Assembly (NCBI GenBank): GCA_947168485.1
Contig: CAMVLZ010000001.1
Coordinates: forward strand, 39,705 to 103,704
DNA length: 64,000 nt
Direction of reading: 5' to 3'
From: an uncultured Bacillota bacterium
GTDB taxonomy: Bacteria; Bacillota_I; Bacilli_A; RF39; UBA660
Shown here: positions 26,894 to 37,512 of the stretch, in pieces
Numbering within the stretch: position 1 is the first letter of the stretch
Layout of the letters: the number at the start of each line of letters is the position of its first letter
Made by a program: the position numbers and the translations under genes
Notes under the pieces: generated by a model
Seen by the model: only the letters and a program-made list of their open reading frames with translations
What the model was told of the DNA's origin: nothing
Database searches by the model: none

Positions 26894-27896
26894 AATTACT
26901 CCTTTTAAATATTATTTTACTTTGTACTAGATAACTTATAAAAAATAGAATTATTTCTGTTAATACTTTAGCTATAAATGGATTAATAAAGATACTTAGT
27001 AATTTTAATATAGTAGTATTTAATACTATTATGAATAGTGCTAGTACAATATATTTTATTAAAGATGAGTAAATACTATTTTTATTCTTAAATACTAAGT
27101 TTCTATTTATTGAATAGTTTACTGTAGCAGATATAATTCTTGCGATTACATTAGATATTATTACATTGTTTATTGTTAATAAGAAGATTGAGAATAAACA
27201 GTAATCTATTAAGAATGAGATTATTCCTGATAATGAGAATTTAAATATCTCTTTGTATACTCTATATGAATCTTTAATTGTATTAAAATGAGATTTAGAG
27301 TTTTTATCTATATAGATAGTTTCTATTTCTATTTCTGATATTTTAATATTATTATTTTTTGCATTTAATAGAATATTCATTTCATATTCAAATCTATTAC
27401 CTTCTGTTTGTAAATGATAATCTAATACGTCTTTAGTAAATGCTCTTAGACCTGTTTGAGTATCATAGATATCTTGTCCTGATATTAATCTAAATATAAA
27501 TCTAGTAATAGCATTACCTAGTTTACTTCTTAGAGGGGTTTTTTCATTTCTAATTCTTTTTCCTAATACTAATTCTTTAGGATGTTTTTCTATATATTTA
27601 CATAGTTTAGTAGCATCTTTTACAGTATGTTGTCCATCTGAATCCATTGTTACTACTATATAATCATCAAAGTGTTCTTTTATATACTTTAATCCTGTTT
27701 TTAGAGCGTATCCTTTACCTTGATTTTTATTATAAGAAATTACTTTAGTATTACATGCATCAAAAAACTTATTATATGAATCATCTGATCCATCATTTAC
27801 TACTATTATTTCAAATTTTTTCTTTTTTAATTCTTTAACTACTTTTTCTAAGTTTTCATCTGGTTCATATGCAGGTATTAAAGCTATATATTTCAT
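26880..27896 (-). CDS. Family-2 glycosyltransferase fused to a C-terminal GtrA-like membrane domain
   Basis: IPAYEPDE...VVNDGS...DSDGQH, followed by 4 TM of GtrA type. Confidence 0.7.
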   Translation of the reverse strand: MKYIALIPAYEPDENLEKVVKELKKKKFEIIVVNDGSDDSYNKFFDACNTKVISYNKNQGKGYALKTGLKYIKEHFDDYIVVTMDSDGQHTVKDATKLCKYIEKHPKELVLGKRIRNEKTPLRSKLGNAITRFIFRLISGQDIYDTQTGLRAFTKDVLDYHLQTEGNRFEYEMNILLNAKNNNIKISEIEIETIYIDKNSKSHFNTIKDSYRVYKEIFKFSLSGIISFLIDYCLFSIFLLTINNVIISNVIARIISATVNYSINRNLVFKNKNSIYSSLIKYIVLALFIIVLNTTILKLLSIFINPFIAKVLTEIILFFISYLVQSKIIFKRSNYGKD

Positions 27897-27897
27897 A

Positions 27898-28689
27898 TTA
27901 ATTACCTCTCTTTATAATTGGTATAAAGTTTGTTGCGAAACCTTTATCTTTTCTTTTTATATAGAAGAATCCAAATATATTAAATATTATGGCTCCTATT
28001 AGATTTACAAATAAATCTTCCATAGTATCATTTAAACCTATATCTAAGTAACCATCTTTTATAATTGTAGTTTTACCATTATGTTCAATTATTGTTTTAT
28101 TTATATCTTCTATTGTGATAGGAATATTTTCTTTATTCTTATCTAGAGTTACTGAAGATATTTTAGTTACTATTTCATCTTTTTGCATATCTCCATTTAA
28201 TAATCTATCATGACCGTATTCAAAGAATTCCCATACTACTCCTACTGTCATAGAAAAACAAAATGCTACTAAACAGACATATATTGGAGATAAATTAATA
28301 TCAGTAATATTATTATTTAATAAGTTAATTAATGAGAAGCCTACTCCTGCACATAGAAATCCATTTAATGTATGAAGCATTAAATCCCAATGAGGAAATA
28401 TTATATAAAACCTATTAATCTCTCCTAATATAGCATGAGCATATATAAATAAATATATTATTATTTCTAAAGTAGTTGGTAATTCTATATGAAGTTTTTT
28501 ATCTAAAAATGTAGGTACTGTAAATAATAATAAAGTAAAAATACATAGAATAGCATTATCATAATTACCTTTTAATACTTGAAAGACAATAGTACCTATA
28601 ATTAAAATTCTTAATACTATGAATGTTATAAATACTTTTTTATCTGTTCTGTGAAATTTTTTTCTCATATTATTAAACATATTAATCAC
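27898..28689 (-). CDS. Integral membrane protein, unassigned
   Basis: About 7 TM helices. Confidence 0.4.
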   Translation of the reverse strand: MINMFNNMRKKFHRTDKKVFITFIVLRILIIGTIVFQVLKGNYDNAILCIFTLLLFTVPTFLDKKLHIELPTTLEIIIYLFIYAHAILGEINRFYIIFPHWDLMLHTLNGFLCAGVGFSLINLLNNNITDINLSPIYVCLVAFCFSMTVGVVWEFFEYGHDRLLNGDMQKDEIVTKISSVTLDKNKENIPITIEDINKTIIEHNGKTTIIKDGYLDIGLNDTMEDLFVNLIGAIIFNIFGFFYIKRKDKGFATNFIPIIKRGN

Positions 28690-28732
28690 CTATTTTTATT
28701 ATAACAAAAAAAGTATTATTAATAATACTTTT

Positions 28733-30679
28733 TTATAATTCAAATTGTGAATTGTATAAATCATAATAGAAGCCTTTTTTATTCATTAATTCTTCATGAG
28801 TACCTTGTTCAATGATATTACCTTCATTCATTACTAAGATTAGATCAGAATTTTTTATTGTACTTAATCTATGAGCTATTATGAATGAGGTTTTTCCTTT
28901 TATTAATTTATCCATTGCTTTTTGTACTAATTCTTCTGTTCTAGTATCTACATTAGATGTAGCTTCATCTAGAATTAAGAATGGAGAATTTTTAATCATA
29001 CCACGTGCTATGGTTAATAATTGTTTTTCTCCTGAACTTATATTTTCTTGATCTCCTACTTTTGATTTTAATCCACCAGGTAAAGTCTTAATAAAGTGAT
29101 CTATTCCTACTGTTTGACAAGCTTTCCATATTTCTTCTTCTGAAGCTTTATTATTATATTTAATATTTTCTTCTATTGTTCCATCAAATAACCATGTATC
29201 TTGTAATACCATTACAAATAGATCATGAATATTTTCTCTTGTTAAATCTTTTGTAGAAATACCATCTATTAAGATTTCTCCATCATCGATATCATAGAAT
29301 TTCATAAGAAGATTTACCATAGTAGTTTTTCCTGCTCCTGTTGGACCAACTATAGCTACTTTTTGTCCTTCTTTAATATTAGCAGAGAAATTCTTTATGA
29401 TAGGTCTCTCTTTATCATAAGAGAATTTTACATTATGGAATTCTATATTACCTTTAATATCATCAATATTTAATTTCTTTTCTATACCTGATTCATCATT
29501 TTGTTCTTTTTCATTAGTGAATGAGAATACTCTTTCTGCTGCTGCAGCTACTGATTGCATTGATGTTGCTGCTTGAGCTATTTGATTAAGTGGATTAGTA
29601 AACATTCTAATATAAATCATAAATGCTACTATAACTCCAAATGAGATTATATCATTCATTGTAAGTAGAGCTCCTACTACACATACAGCAACATATCCTA
29701 AGTTACCAACAAATCCCATAAATGGAGGCATTATTCCTGATAAGAATTGACTCATTCTACTACATTTAAATAAATCATGATTTAGTTTATCAAAATTCTT
29801 ATTTGTCTCTTTTTCTCCATTATAAGTATAAACTACATTATGACCACTATATATTTCTTCTATATAACCATTTAGTGCTCCTAGTTTTTCTTGTCTTTCT
29901 ACAAAATATTTTTGTGATTTAGATAGAATTATTGCCATAAATGCAAAACCTAATAATGAAGCAACTATTCCAGTTATAGCCATTATCCAGTTAGTATAAA
30001 ACATCATTATAATAGAACCTAAAAATAGAGTTACTGATGTTATTAAGGTTGCTAGAGACTGATTTAGATTCATACCAATTGAGTCTACATCATTTGTTAC
30101 TCTTGATAAGATATCTCCTGCTTCGTGATTATCAAAATACTTTAATGGTAAAGTATTAATTTTATCAGTTATTTTCTTTCTTAAATCTTTTGAATAATTA
30201 TTAGTAACATATGCCATAATAATTTGTTCAAAATAAGCAAATAATGAACTTACTATGTAAAGAATTGCTAGTAAAAGTGATATTTGTTTTACTTTTTGCA
30301 TATTCATTGTAGGTTTTATTTTGTCATATATACTTTTTGGTAGTTTGTCCATTGCTTTAAATAATTCTTCTGTTTTAGCATTAGGATCTATTGATGCCAT
30401 TATTTCTTGCATCTTTTGTTTATCTTCTAATGGTATTTCATCAGAATACATTATTTCTTCTACTACTGTTTCTGAAATATTTGGTTTTAATCCTTCAGTA
30501 ATATAATCTGTTAAATCAGATAATTTATTTGGAGCAATTAGTGCTATTATAGCTGAAAGAAATGCTAAAAGTAGTGCAATTACTATTAAAGCATACCATC
30601 TTTTTAAAGATGTAAATAATTTTTTCATTGATCCTTTAAAGTCTTTTGACTTTTCTATTCTACTTCCAGGTCTAGGCAT
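28733..30679 (-). CDS. ABC exporter, fused permease + ATPase (heterodimer partner B)
   Basis: Six TM followed by Walker A GPTGAGKT, signature LSSGEKQ and Walker B ILDEAT. Confidence 0.85.
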   Translation of the reverse strand: MPRPGSRIEKSKDFKGSMKKLFTSLKRWYALIVIALLLAFLSAIIALIAPNKLSDLTDYITEGLKPNISETVVEEIMYSDEIPLEDKQKMQEIMASIDPNAKTEELFKAMDKLPKSIYDKIKPTMNMQKVKQISLLLAILYIVSSLFAYFEQIIMAYVTNNYSKDLRKKITDKINTLPLKYFDNHEAGDILSRVTNDVDSIGMNLNQSLATLITSVTLFLGSIIMMFYTNWIMAITGIVASLLGFAFMAIILSKSQKYFVERQEKLGALNGYIEEIYSGHNVVYTYNGEKETNKNFDKLNHDLFKCSRMSQFLSGIMPPFMGFVGNLGYVAVCVVGALLTMNDIISFGVIVAFMIYIRMFTNPLNQIAQAATSMQSVAAAAERVFSFTNEKEQNDESGIEKKLNIDDIKGNIEFHNVKFSYDKERPIIKNFSANIKEGQKVAIVGPTGAGKTTMVNLLMKFYDIDDGEILIDGISTKDLTRENIHDLFVMVLQDTWLFDGTIEENIKYNNKASEEEIWKACQTVGIDHFIKTLPGGLKSKVGDQENISSGEKQLLTIARGMIKNSPFLILDEATSNVDTRTEELVQKAMDKLIKGKTSFIIAHRLSTIKNSDLILVMNEGNIIEQGTHEELMNKKGFYYDLYNSQFEL

Positions 30680-32435
30680 TTTCCAACTCCCCTTCCGATA
30701 ATTGTGATAGTGCTATTTCTTTATAAACTTCACAATTTTTTAATAGTTCTTTGTGAGTACCAATACCTACACATTTTCCTTTATCTAAAACTATAATTTT
30801 ATCTGCATTTAGAATAGTACCTATCCTTTGAGCTACTATTAACATAGTTGCATCTTTAGTATATTGTTTTAATTCTTTTCTTAGTTTTGAATCTGTTTGA
30901 TAATCAAGTGCTGAGAAAGAATCATCAAATATATATATTTCTGGATCTCTAGCAATGACTCTTGCGATAGATAATCTTTGTTTTTGTCCTCCAGAAACAT
31001 TAGTTCCTCCTCTAGCTATATGAGAATCTATTTCTTTAGGCATTTCTTTAATAAACTCTTTTGCCTGTGCTACTTGTACTGATTCCATTACTTTTTGAAG
31101 AGTTGGTTTTTCTTTACCATTATCTCCAAATGATACATTTTCTTTAATAGAACCTGTAAACATAAATGCTTTTTGAGGTACATATCCAATAATATTGTGT
31201 AGTGTTTCTAAGTTATAATCTTTTACATTTTTTCCATCTACTAGGATTTCTCCTTTAGTAGTATCATAAAATCTAGGTATTAAATTTATTAAAGAAGATT
31301 TACCTGATCCAGTTGATCCTATGAATGCGACTGTTTCTCCTTTTTTAACTTTAAATGAAATATCTTTTAATAAGTATTCATCAGCATCTGGATACTTGAA
31401 AGATACATCTTTAAATTCAATAGTACCTATTTCATTTTTATCATTTATAGTTAATTCTCCATCTATTATATCTATATTAGAATCTAATACTTCATTTATA
31501 CGATTAGCTGATACTTGAGCTCTTGGTAAGATCATAAATATCATTGATAGCATTAAGAATGACATTATTACTTGCATACCATATGAAGTAAATACAACCA
31601 TATCACTAAATAAAGTTATTTTGTCTACCATAGAAGCTTTTACTATTAATAGTGCTCCTATGAAATATATTCCTAATGTTAAGAAATGCATTACAAAGTT
31701 CATTACTGGAGACATAAAAGCAAAACATCTTTGAATGAATAAATGTGTTCTTGTTAATTTATCATTTGTTTTTTCAAATTTATTTTGATGAAATTTTTCA
31801 GCATTGAATGCTCTTATTACTCTTACACCTATAATATTATCTCTAGTTAGATTATTAACATCATCTGTTAATTTTTGTACTTTCTTAAATCTTGGTGTTA
31901 CAAAGTACATTATTGTAAATATAGTAATCAATAATATAATTACTCCTGCTCCTACAATAGCACTTAATTGATAAGATTTATTAATTATCTTAGTTACAGC
32001 CCATATAGCCATAATTGGTGCTTTTATTAGAGCTTGTAGTCCCATTGCGATTAACATCTCTATTTGAGTTACATCATTAGTAGTTCTTGTTATTAAACTT
32101 GATGTAGATAATTTCTTTATATTAGCTACATCTAATTTTTGTACTTTTTTAAATAGTTGTTCTCTTAATTTTAATGAGAAACTAGCAGATAATCCTGATA
32201 CTAAATAACCTATTAAAATAGCTGATGCCATAGATGAGAATGCACATGCTAACATGTATCCTCCTTGTTCTAATATTTCACTCATTTTAGAACCATCAGT
32301 TTGAATAAGTTTTGTTATTTCAGACATAAAATCAGGTAATTTTAATTCTACCCATACTTGAAATACTATTATTAAAGCTACTATAAAAATAACTATTTTA
32401 TCTTTTTTAGTTAGATTCTTAAAAAGTTTTCTCAT
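30672..32435 (-). CDS. ABC exporter, fused permease + ATPase (heterodimer partner A)
   Basis: GSTGSGKSS, VSGGQKQR and IFDDSFSALD. It overlaps the downstream partner by 8 nt. Confidence 0.85.
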   Translation of the reverse strand: MRKLFKNLTKKDKIVIFIVALIIVFQVWVELKLPDFMSEITKLIQTDGSKMSEILEQGGYMLACAFSSMASAILIGYLVSGLSASFSLKLREQLFKKVQKLDVANIKKLSTSSLITRTTNDVTQIEMLIAMGLQALIKAPIMAIWAVTKIINKSYQLSAIVGAGVIILLITIFTIMYFVTPRFKKVQKLTDDVNNLTRDNIIGVRVIRAFNAEKFHQNKFEKTNDKLTRTHLFIQRCFAFMSPVMNFVMHFLTLGIYFIGALLIVKASMVDKITLFSDMVVFTSYGMQVIMSFLMLSMIFMILPRAQVSANRINEVLDSNIDIIDGELTINDKNEIGTIEFKDVSFKYPDADEYLLKDISFKVKKGETVAFIGSTGSGKSSLINLIPRFYDTTKGEILVDGKNVKDYNLETLHNIIGYVPQKAFMFTGSIKENVSFGDNGKEKPTLQKVMESVQVAQAKEFIKEMPKEIDSHIARGGTNVSGGQKQRLSIARVIARDPEIYIFDDSFSALDYQTDSKLRKELKQYTKDATMLIVAQRIGTILNADKIIVLDKGKCVGIGTHKELLKNCEVYKEIALSQLSEGELENA

Positions 32436-32518
32436 ATTACCTCCTTGTTAATCATCATGTTTCATTATATTATAAATATATATATTTAGCAATCAATTTA
32501 TATGTTAACCATAATTTG

Positions 32519-32546
32519 TTGACAATTATTTATTTTGTGATATAAT
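32519..32546 (+). promoter_or_regulatory. Sigma-A-type promoter TTGACA-16-TGaTATAAT with an extended -10
   Basis: TTGACA at 32519-32524; TG at 32538-32539; TATAAT at 32541-32546. Confidence 0.6.
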
Positions 32547-32570
32547 GAGTTTGTTTTAGGAGGGATAGAC

Positions 32571-32660
32571 ATGATTTATACAGTTTATGATTTAAAACAA
32601 CAATTTACGGTTAGTCAGAGAAAAGTAAATATGGGTATTTCTCCTATATATTCTTTTTAA
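32571..32660 (+). CDS. 29-codon leader ORF (MIYTVYDLKQQFTVSQRKVNMGISPIYSF) upstream of the ABC exporter
   Basis: AGGAGGGA RBS 5 nt before the ATG. The stop codon abuts the terminator hairpin. Confidence 0.5.
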   Translation: MIYTVYDLKQQFTVSQRKVNMGISPIYSF

Positions 32661-32683
32661 TGACTAATTATAGTCATTTTTTA
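32660..32683 (+). terminator. Attenuator/terminator hairpin ATGACTAattaTAGTCAT followed by T6, 14 nt before the exporter start
   Basis: 7-bp perfect stem plus T-run. The leader stop codon TAA (32658-32660) overlaps its first base. Confidence 0.6.
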
Positions 32684-32697
32684 TTGGAGGTGGATAT

Positions 32698-34422
32698 ATG
32701 AAAAAGACTAAGAATTTTAAATTGATTTGGAAATATTTAAAAAATGAAAAATTAAGAATAATTATATATATCCTATTAATATTAGCTACTTATATACCTT
32801 CATTGATTGCGGCATATTTCTGGGGACGTGCTTTAGAAGTATTAATTGATAAAAACTTAGTTTCTTTTGGTACATATTTAATTATATGGAGTTCTATCTT
32901 TATAATATGTTTTTCTTTATTACAAATTCCTAGAGATAAAATATTTAATTATTTACAAATTAAATTTATGAAGGGAGCTTCTCGTGATCTTTATAAAAAA
33001 ATAGATAATTTACCAGCAGTTGCGTTTGAAGATATTGGTGTTGGTGAATATATAAATAGATTATATTCTGATACTGATAGAGTTATGGATCTATTGAATA
33101 GTTTAATCAGATTAATGTGTAAATCTATTGTAGTATTTGTAGTATTAATATTAACTTTTTATATTTCATGGATACTTGGTTTAGAGATTATTATATTTGG
33201 TTTTATTATGGGATTTATCTCTTGGAAGTTTTTTCCTAAAATTAAGAAGACTCAAGAAGATATTAAAAAAGAATCAGATAACTATGTTAAAAGAGCAACT
33301 GAGAATCTTACTGGTATAAGAGAGATTAAAGCTTTAGGTATTAAGAAAAATACTGAAAAGACTATATTTAAAATATTAGATAATATGTATGCTAATCAAA
33401 AGAAAATTAGAAATTATGAAATTATATTTTATGCTTTAAATAACTTAGTATATTTTGTATTAGAACTTATTATATTATTTACTGCTGGATATTTCTTTAT
33501 ACAAGGTAAAATTATATATAGTTTATTTATAGTTATACAAAATTATTTATGGAGAATAGATGAAGTTGTTGAAAGTATTTCTGATTTTGGAGTTAATTAT
33601 AATAAGATTAGTGTATCTTTAAAAAGAATAGATGAGGTTGTTAATAATAGACTTTATGAAGATGAGAAATTTGGTAATATTGAATTAAGTAATACTAAAG
33701 GTAATATTGAATTTAGAGATGTATCTTTTAAATATAGAGAAGAAGAAACTGATACTTTGAAACATTTAAGTTTAAAATTAGATTCTAATAAGAAAATAGC
33801 AATTGTAGGTAAAAGTGGTAATGGTAAGAGTACAATATTTAATTTATTACTTAGATACTTTGATTGTAATGATGGAGAAATATTAATTGATGGAGTTAAT
33901 ATTAAAGATTTAAGTGAGAATTCTTTAAGAAGTAATATTTCTATTATTAGACAATCTCCTTTCTTATTTAATTTATCTATTATGGATAATTTTAGATGTG
34001 TTAAAGAAAACGTTAGTTTAGATGAAGTTAGAGATGTATGTAAGAGAGCTTATATTGATGATTATATTATGAGTTTACCTGATGGATATGAAACTATTAT
34101 TGGTGAAGGTGGAGTTAACTTATCAGGTGGACAAAAACAACGTATTGCGATAGCGAGAACATTATTAATTAATACACCTATTATATTATTTGATGAAGCA
34201 ACTTCTGCTTTAGATAATGAGAGTCAAGATTATATTAAGAAAACTATTGATAACTTAGTTAAAGATCATACTATAATTATAGTTGCTCATAGATTGAGTA
34301 CTATAATAGATGCTGATATTATTAATGTAATTGATAAGGGTAAATTAATTGATAGTGGTACTCATAATAAGTTATTAAAATCATGTGATGTATATAAAAA
34401 TCTATATAAAAATGAATCCTAA
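32698..34422 (+). CDS. ABC exporter, fused permease + ATPase (homodimeric type)
   Basis: GKSGNGKST, LSGGQKQR and LFDEATSALD. Confidence 0.85.
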   Translation: MKKTKNFKLIWKYLKNEKLRIIIYILLILATYIPSLIAAYFWGRALEVLIDKNLVSFGTYLIIWSSIFIICFSLLQIPRDKIFNYLQIKFMKGASRDLYKKIDNLPAVAFEDIGVGEYINRLYSDTDRVMDLLNSLIRLMCKSIVVFVVLILTFYISWILGLEIIIFGFIMGFISWKFFPKIKKTQEDIKKESDNYVKRATENLTGIREIKALGIKKNTEKTIFKILDNMYANQKKIRNYEIIFYALNNLVYFVLELIILFTAGYFFIQGKIIYSLFIVIQNYLWRIDEVVESISDFGVNYNKISVSLKRIDEVVNNRLYEDEKFGNIELSNTKGNIEFRDVSFKYREEETDTLKHLSLKLDSNKKIAIVGKSGNGKSTIFNLLLRYFDCNDGEILIDGVNIKDLSENSLRSNISIIRQSPFLFNLSIMDNFRCVKENVSLDEVRDVCKRAYIDDYIMSLPDGYETIIGEGGVNLSGGQKQRIAIARTLLINTPIILFDEATSALDNESQDYIKKTIDNLVKDHTIIIVAHRLSTIIDADIINVIDKGKLIDSGTHNKLLKSCDVYKNLYKNES

Positions 34423-34437
34423 AACAAAAGGTAAGTA

Positions 34438-34920
34438 TTAAATACTTACCTTTTTTATTACTTCTTTATCTAAATTTTCTAAGTAAAATGTATTATCTTC
34501 ATAATAAATATATGTCTTTACTCCATTTCTTGGTAGACCAATTGATCCTGGATTTAGATATATCTTATTATCTTTCTTTTCTACTCTTGATACATGAGTA
34601 TGTCCTTGTAGATAGATATCATAATCTATATCAGTATATTCATTATAGATATGTCCATGTGTTAAAAACCATGTTTTATTATCTATATTAATAGTTTGAT
34701 ATAACTTAGTATTATCAAATTGAGTTAGATCATTATATATATCATTATTTCCTTTTACTGAGATTATTTTATCTTTAAAAATATTTAATAAATCAAATAC
34801 TTGATTATTATAATAACCTAAGTCTCCTAGTAGTATTAAATAATCAAAATTATGATTTTGAATAGCTTTTTTAGTAGATTCAAAATCATCATGTATATCA
34901 GATATTATTAGTACTTTCAT
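34438..34920 (-). CDS. YfcE/MJ0936-family metallophosphoesterase
   Basis: ISDIHDD...LLGDL...THGH...GHTH. Confidence 0.7.
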   Translation of the reverse strand: MKVLIISDIHDDFESTKKAIQNHNFDYLILLGDLGYYNNQVFDLLNIFKDKIISVKGNNDIYNDLTQFDNTKLYQTINIDNKTWFLTHGHIYNEYTDIDYDIYLQGHTHVSRVEKKDNKIYLNPGSIGLPRNGVKTYIYYEDNTFYLENLDKEVIKKVSI

Positions 34921-35371
34921 TTAAAAATTCTTTTAATTTTCTAATAAATATTTTTTGATTATTAAATATTTTTTGTTCTGCTTCATCTATCTTTATCCAT
35001 TTAGCCGCATCCATTTCTGGATATGTTTTTATTACTCCACTACCTTTAGGATATTCCATATCAAAAGTATTTGATTTCATATGAGTAGTATCTAGATCTT
35101 GATTAATAGTAAACATAGTAACTAATTTTCTATTAGATACTTTATGAGAATATAAATATACTAATTTATCTTTATCTAATTGATAACTAGATTCTTCTTT
35201 AAACTCTCTTAGAGCTGCTTCTACAGCTTTTTCTTTCTTATTATATTCTCCTTTACAAACACTCCATATGTCTTCTCCTTCTCTATAAGGACCTCCTGGA
35301 TGCTCTAAATAAACATATATTTCATTATCTATCATTTTATATGGAATTACTCCTGCACTTCTTATTAACAA
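34898..35371 (-). CDS. NUDIX hydrolase
   Basis: Nudix box GEYNKKEKAVEAALREFKEESS. Confidence 0.7.
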   Translation of the reverse strand: MLIRSAGVIPYKMIDNEIYVYLEHPGGPYREGEDIWSVCKGEYNKKEKAVEAALREFKEESSYQLDKDKLVYLYSHKVSNRKLVTMFTINQDLDTTHMKSNTFDMEYPKGSGVIKTYPEMDAAKWIKIDEAEQKIFNNQKIFIRKLKEFLNESTNNI

Positions 35372-35461
35372 TTTATACCTTCTTTCTAATTTCAGTATAA
35401 CATATTTTTATTGTAATAAAAAATTATATGTAATATACTTTAATCATAGGAGGATATGTTT

Positions 35462-36244
35462 ATGAAAAAATATTGGTGGATAATATTACTTGTAGTATTA
35501 TTTTTAATACCTATTGGTTATTACACTTATTTACAATTAAATGATGATAAAAAGGAAGACAAACAAGAAGAAGTAATAAAAAAAGATAATGATGTTAATA
35601 ATGATTTAGTAACTGAAGTTATGAATAAGATTAAGAAACCTGATTCATATAGTTGTTCTGGTGATTATGATTTTTATCTAACAAAAGATAAATTCTTATC
35701 AACTGATTTAAAAATAGATAATGCTATTATATTAACAATGAATCAAATACCTGAATTAAAATGTGAAGAAGGAGAAGTATCTGCTGATAAATTTATTAGT
35801 ACTCTTCATTCTATTTTAGGTAAAGATTATCAAATTGATAAAAAGTCTTATAATACTCTATATCCATTAATTTATAACAAGAATACTGATAGTTTTTCTA
35901 TAGGAAGTTGTCCTAATTATAGTACTTGTTTATCTAATCAAGATATTGAAAAGATAACTGATAATCTATTAGAAGATAATAAGTTAGTAATTACTTTTAA
36001 AAAGTTATTTAGAGAAGATGTTAATCTAAATAAAGTTAGTAATGGTTATTATGTAAAATACTATAAAGATTATGAAAAGAAAGATCAAGTTGCTATAGAT
36101 AAGAAATATTATACTGAAAGTAATGGAATTTATGATATAGAAAATGTAACTGATGAAGTATTAGAGAATGCTGCTACATATAAATTTACTTTTGAAAAAC
36201 AAGATGGTAATTATGTATATGTTTCTACTGAATTAGTTAAATAA
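35462..36244 (+). CDS. Secreted/membrane-anchored hypothetical protein. The start is taken at MKKYWW because of RBS spacing.
   Basis: N-terminal signal anchor. AGGAGG lies 8 nt before the second ATG. Confidence 0.5.
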   Translation: MKKYWWIILLVVLFLIPIGYYTYLQLNDDKKEDKQEEVIKKDNDVNNDLVTEVMNKIKKPDSYSCSGDYDFYLTKDKFLSTDLKIDNAIILTMNQIPELKCEEGEVSADKFISTLHSILGKDYQIDKKSYNTLYPLIYNKNTDSFSIGSCPNYSTCLSNQDIEKITDNLLEDNKLVITFKKLFREDVNLNKVSNGYYVKYYKDYEKKDQVAIDKKYYTESNGIYDIENVTDEVLENAATYKFTFEKQDGNYVYVSTELVK

Positions 36245-36248
36245 AAAA

Positions 36249-36268
36249 GGAAGTTTTACTTCCTTTTT
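36249..36268. terminator. Bidirectional terminator GGAAGTtttACTTCC plus T-run
   Basis: Hairpin between convergent genes. Confidence 0.6.
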
Positions 36269-36969
36269 ATATTTTTAAAATCATCTATAATTAGATTAGT
36301 ATATTTATATTTATTATTATCATAATCTTCTTGAGTTTTAATAGTCCATCCTAATACTGGGATATCTTTTTTTATTAGTTTATTATTATTTCTTCTTATA
36401 TCTGCTGAAATAAAATCTGGTTTTGCTAGAAATGATAATATCATTGAATGTAGTATTTTTCTTTTAAACTCTACTCCATTACTTGGTACTAATAGACCTC
36501 TAATATAGTTTGGTCTATTTTTTTTGAACCAATATATTATCAATGGATGAAAAGATTTAACTGCAAATTTTCCTTTATACTTATCTAATTGTTTTACTAA
36601 TTCTTTTTCTAAAGTAAATGGTAAATTATCATACTTTAATTCTATTATTAATGGTACTTTTCCATCTACTAATTCTAATACTTCTTTTAGAGTTGGTATT
36701 TTGTCATTAGTTTTTAATAATTTTAAATCTTTTATATCATTATAAGTTAAATCTTTTAATCTTTTTTGTAATCCAGTTAATCTTTTTAAATTATCATCAT
36801 GTATTACTACTATTTCATTATCTTTTAGAAGATGTACATCTAATTCTATAGGAATATTTTCTTTAATACATTCTTTAAAAGCTGGTATAGAATTTTCTAC
36901 TATATTTTTATTATCATGTATACCTCTATGAGCTATTACAGTATCTTTTAAAAACTCTAAGTCTTTCAT
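36256..36969 (-). CDS. Glycerophosphodiester phosphodiesterase
   Basis: VIAHRGIH...ELDVH...VIHDDNL. Confidence 0.75.
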   Translation of the reverse strand: MKDLEFLKDTVIAHRGIHDNKNIVENSIPAFKECIKENIPIELDVHLLKDNEIVVIHDDNLKRLTGLQKRLKDLTYNDIKDLKLLKTNDKIPTLKEVLELVDGKVPLIIELKYDNLPFTLEKELVKQLDKYKGKFAVKSFHPLIIYWFKKNRPNYIRGLLVPSNGVEFKRKILHSMILSFLAKPDFISADIRRNNNKLIKKDIPVLGWTIKTQEDYDNNKYKYTNLIIDDFKNIKRK

Positions 36970-37511
36970 ACTATCTTATCAGCCAATTCTTTAGCTCTTC
37001 TAATTCCATCAGTATTTTCAATATCTCCTTTTCTTGCCATTCCTGGAGCTAATATTTCATCTAATAGAATCCATCCAAAGTCTCTTCCTAATCTTTCTAA
37101 AGGTACTCTTACTCCATCAAAATTAGACATGTCTTTATCTTCACAGCAAGATATTATAGCGAATAGTTTATCTGAAATATTTTTATTACCTTCTTGGAAA
37201 CACATTAATCTATCGATAAACATTTTAAATTTACCTGGTATTGAATAAAAGTATACAGGAAGACAAAATACTATTACATCTGATTTTACTAAGTCTTCTG
37301 CGATTAAATTAAAATCATCTTCTATAATACATGGTTTATCTTCTTCAAAACATCTACCACAATCATTACATTCATCTATATTCATATTAGGAATATTATA
37401 CTTTTTAACATCAAATCCTCTTTGTATACATCTAGTGATAAATGCTTCTGATAATTTCTTAGTATTTCCATTTTCTCTTGGACTTCCATTTAATACTAAT
37501 ACATTTTTCAT
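36966..37511 (-). CDS. Flavodoxin-like NAD(P)H-dependent FMN reductase / iron-sulfur flavoprotein family
   Basis: VLVLNGSPRENGNT plus a CxxC pair. Confidence 0.6.
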   Translation of the reverse strand: MKNVLVLNGSPRENGNTKKLSEAFITRCIQRGFDVKKYNIPNMNIDECNDCGRCFEEDKPCIIEDDFNLIAEDLVKSDVIVFCLPVYFYSIPGKFKMFIDRLMCFQEGNKNISDKLFAIISCCEDKDMSNFDGVRVPLERLGRDFGWILLDEILAPGMARKGDIENTDGIRRAKELADKIV

Positions 37512-37512
37512 A

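Noticed and set aside
34438-34920. Terminator hairpin at 34428-34452 overlapping the C-terminal codons of the phosphoesterase gene
   Set aside because: The hairpin is real but overlaps coding sequence. I did not list it as a separate feature because its exact boundaries are uncertain.
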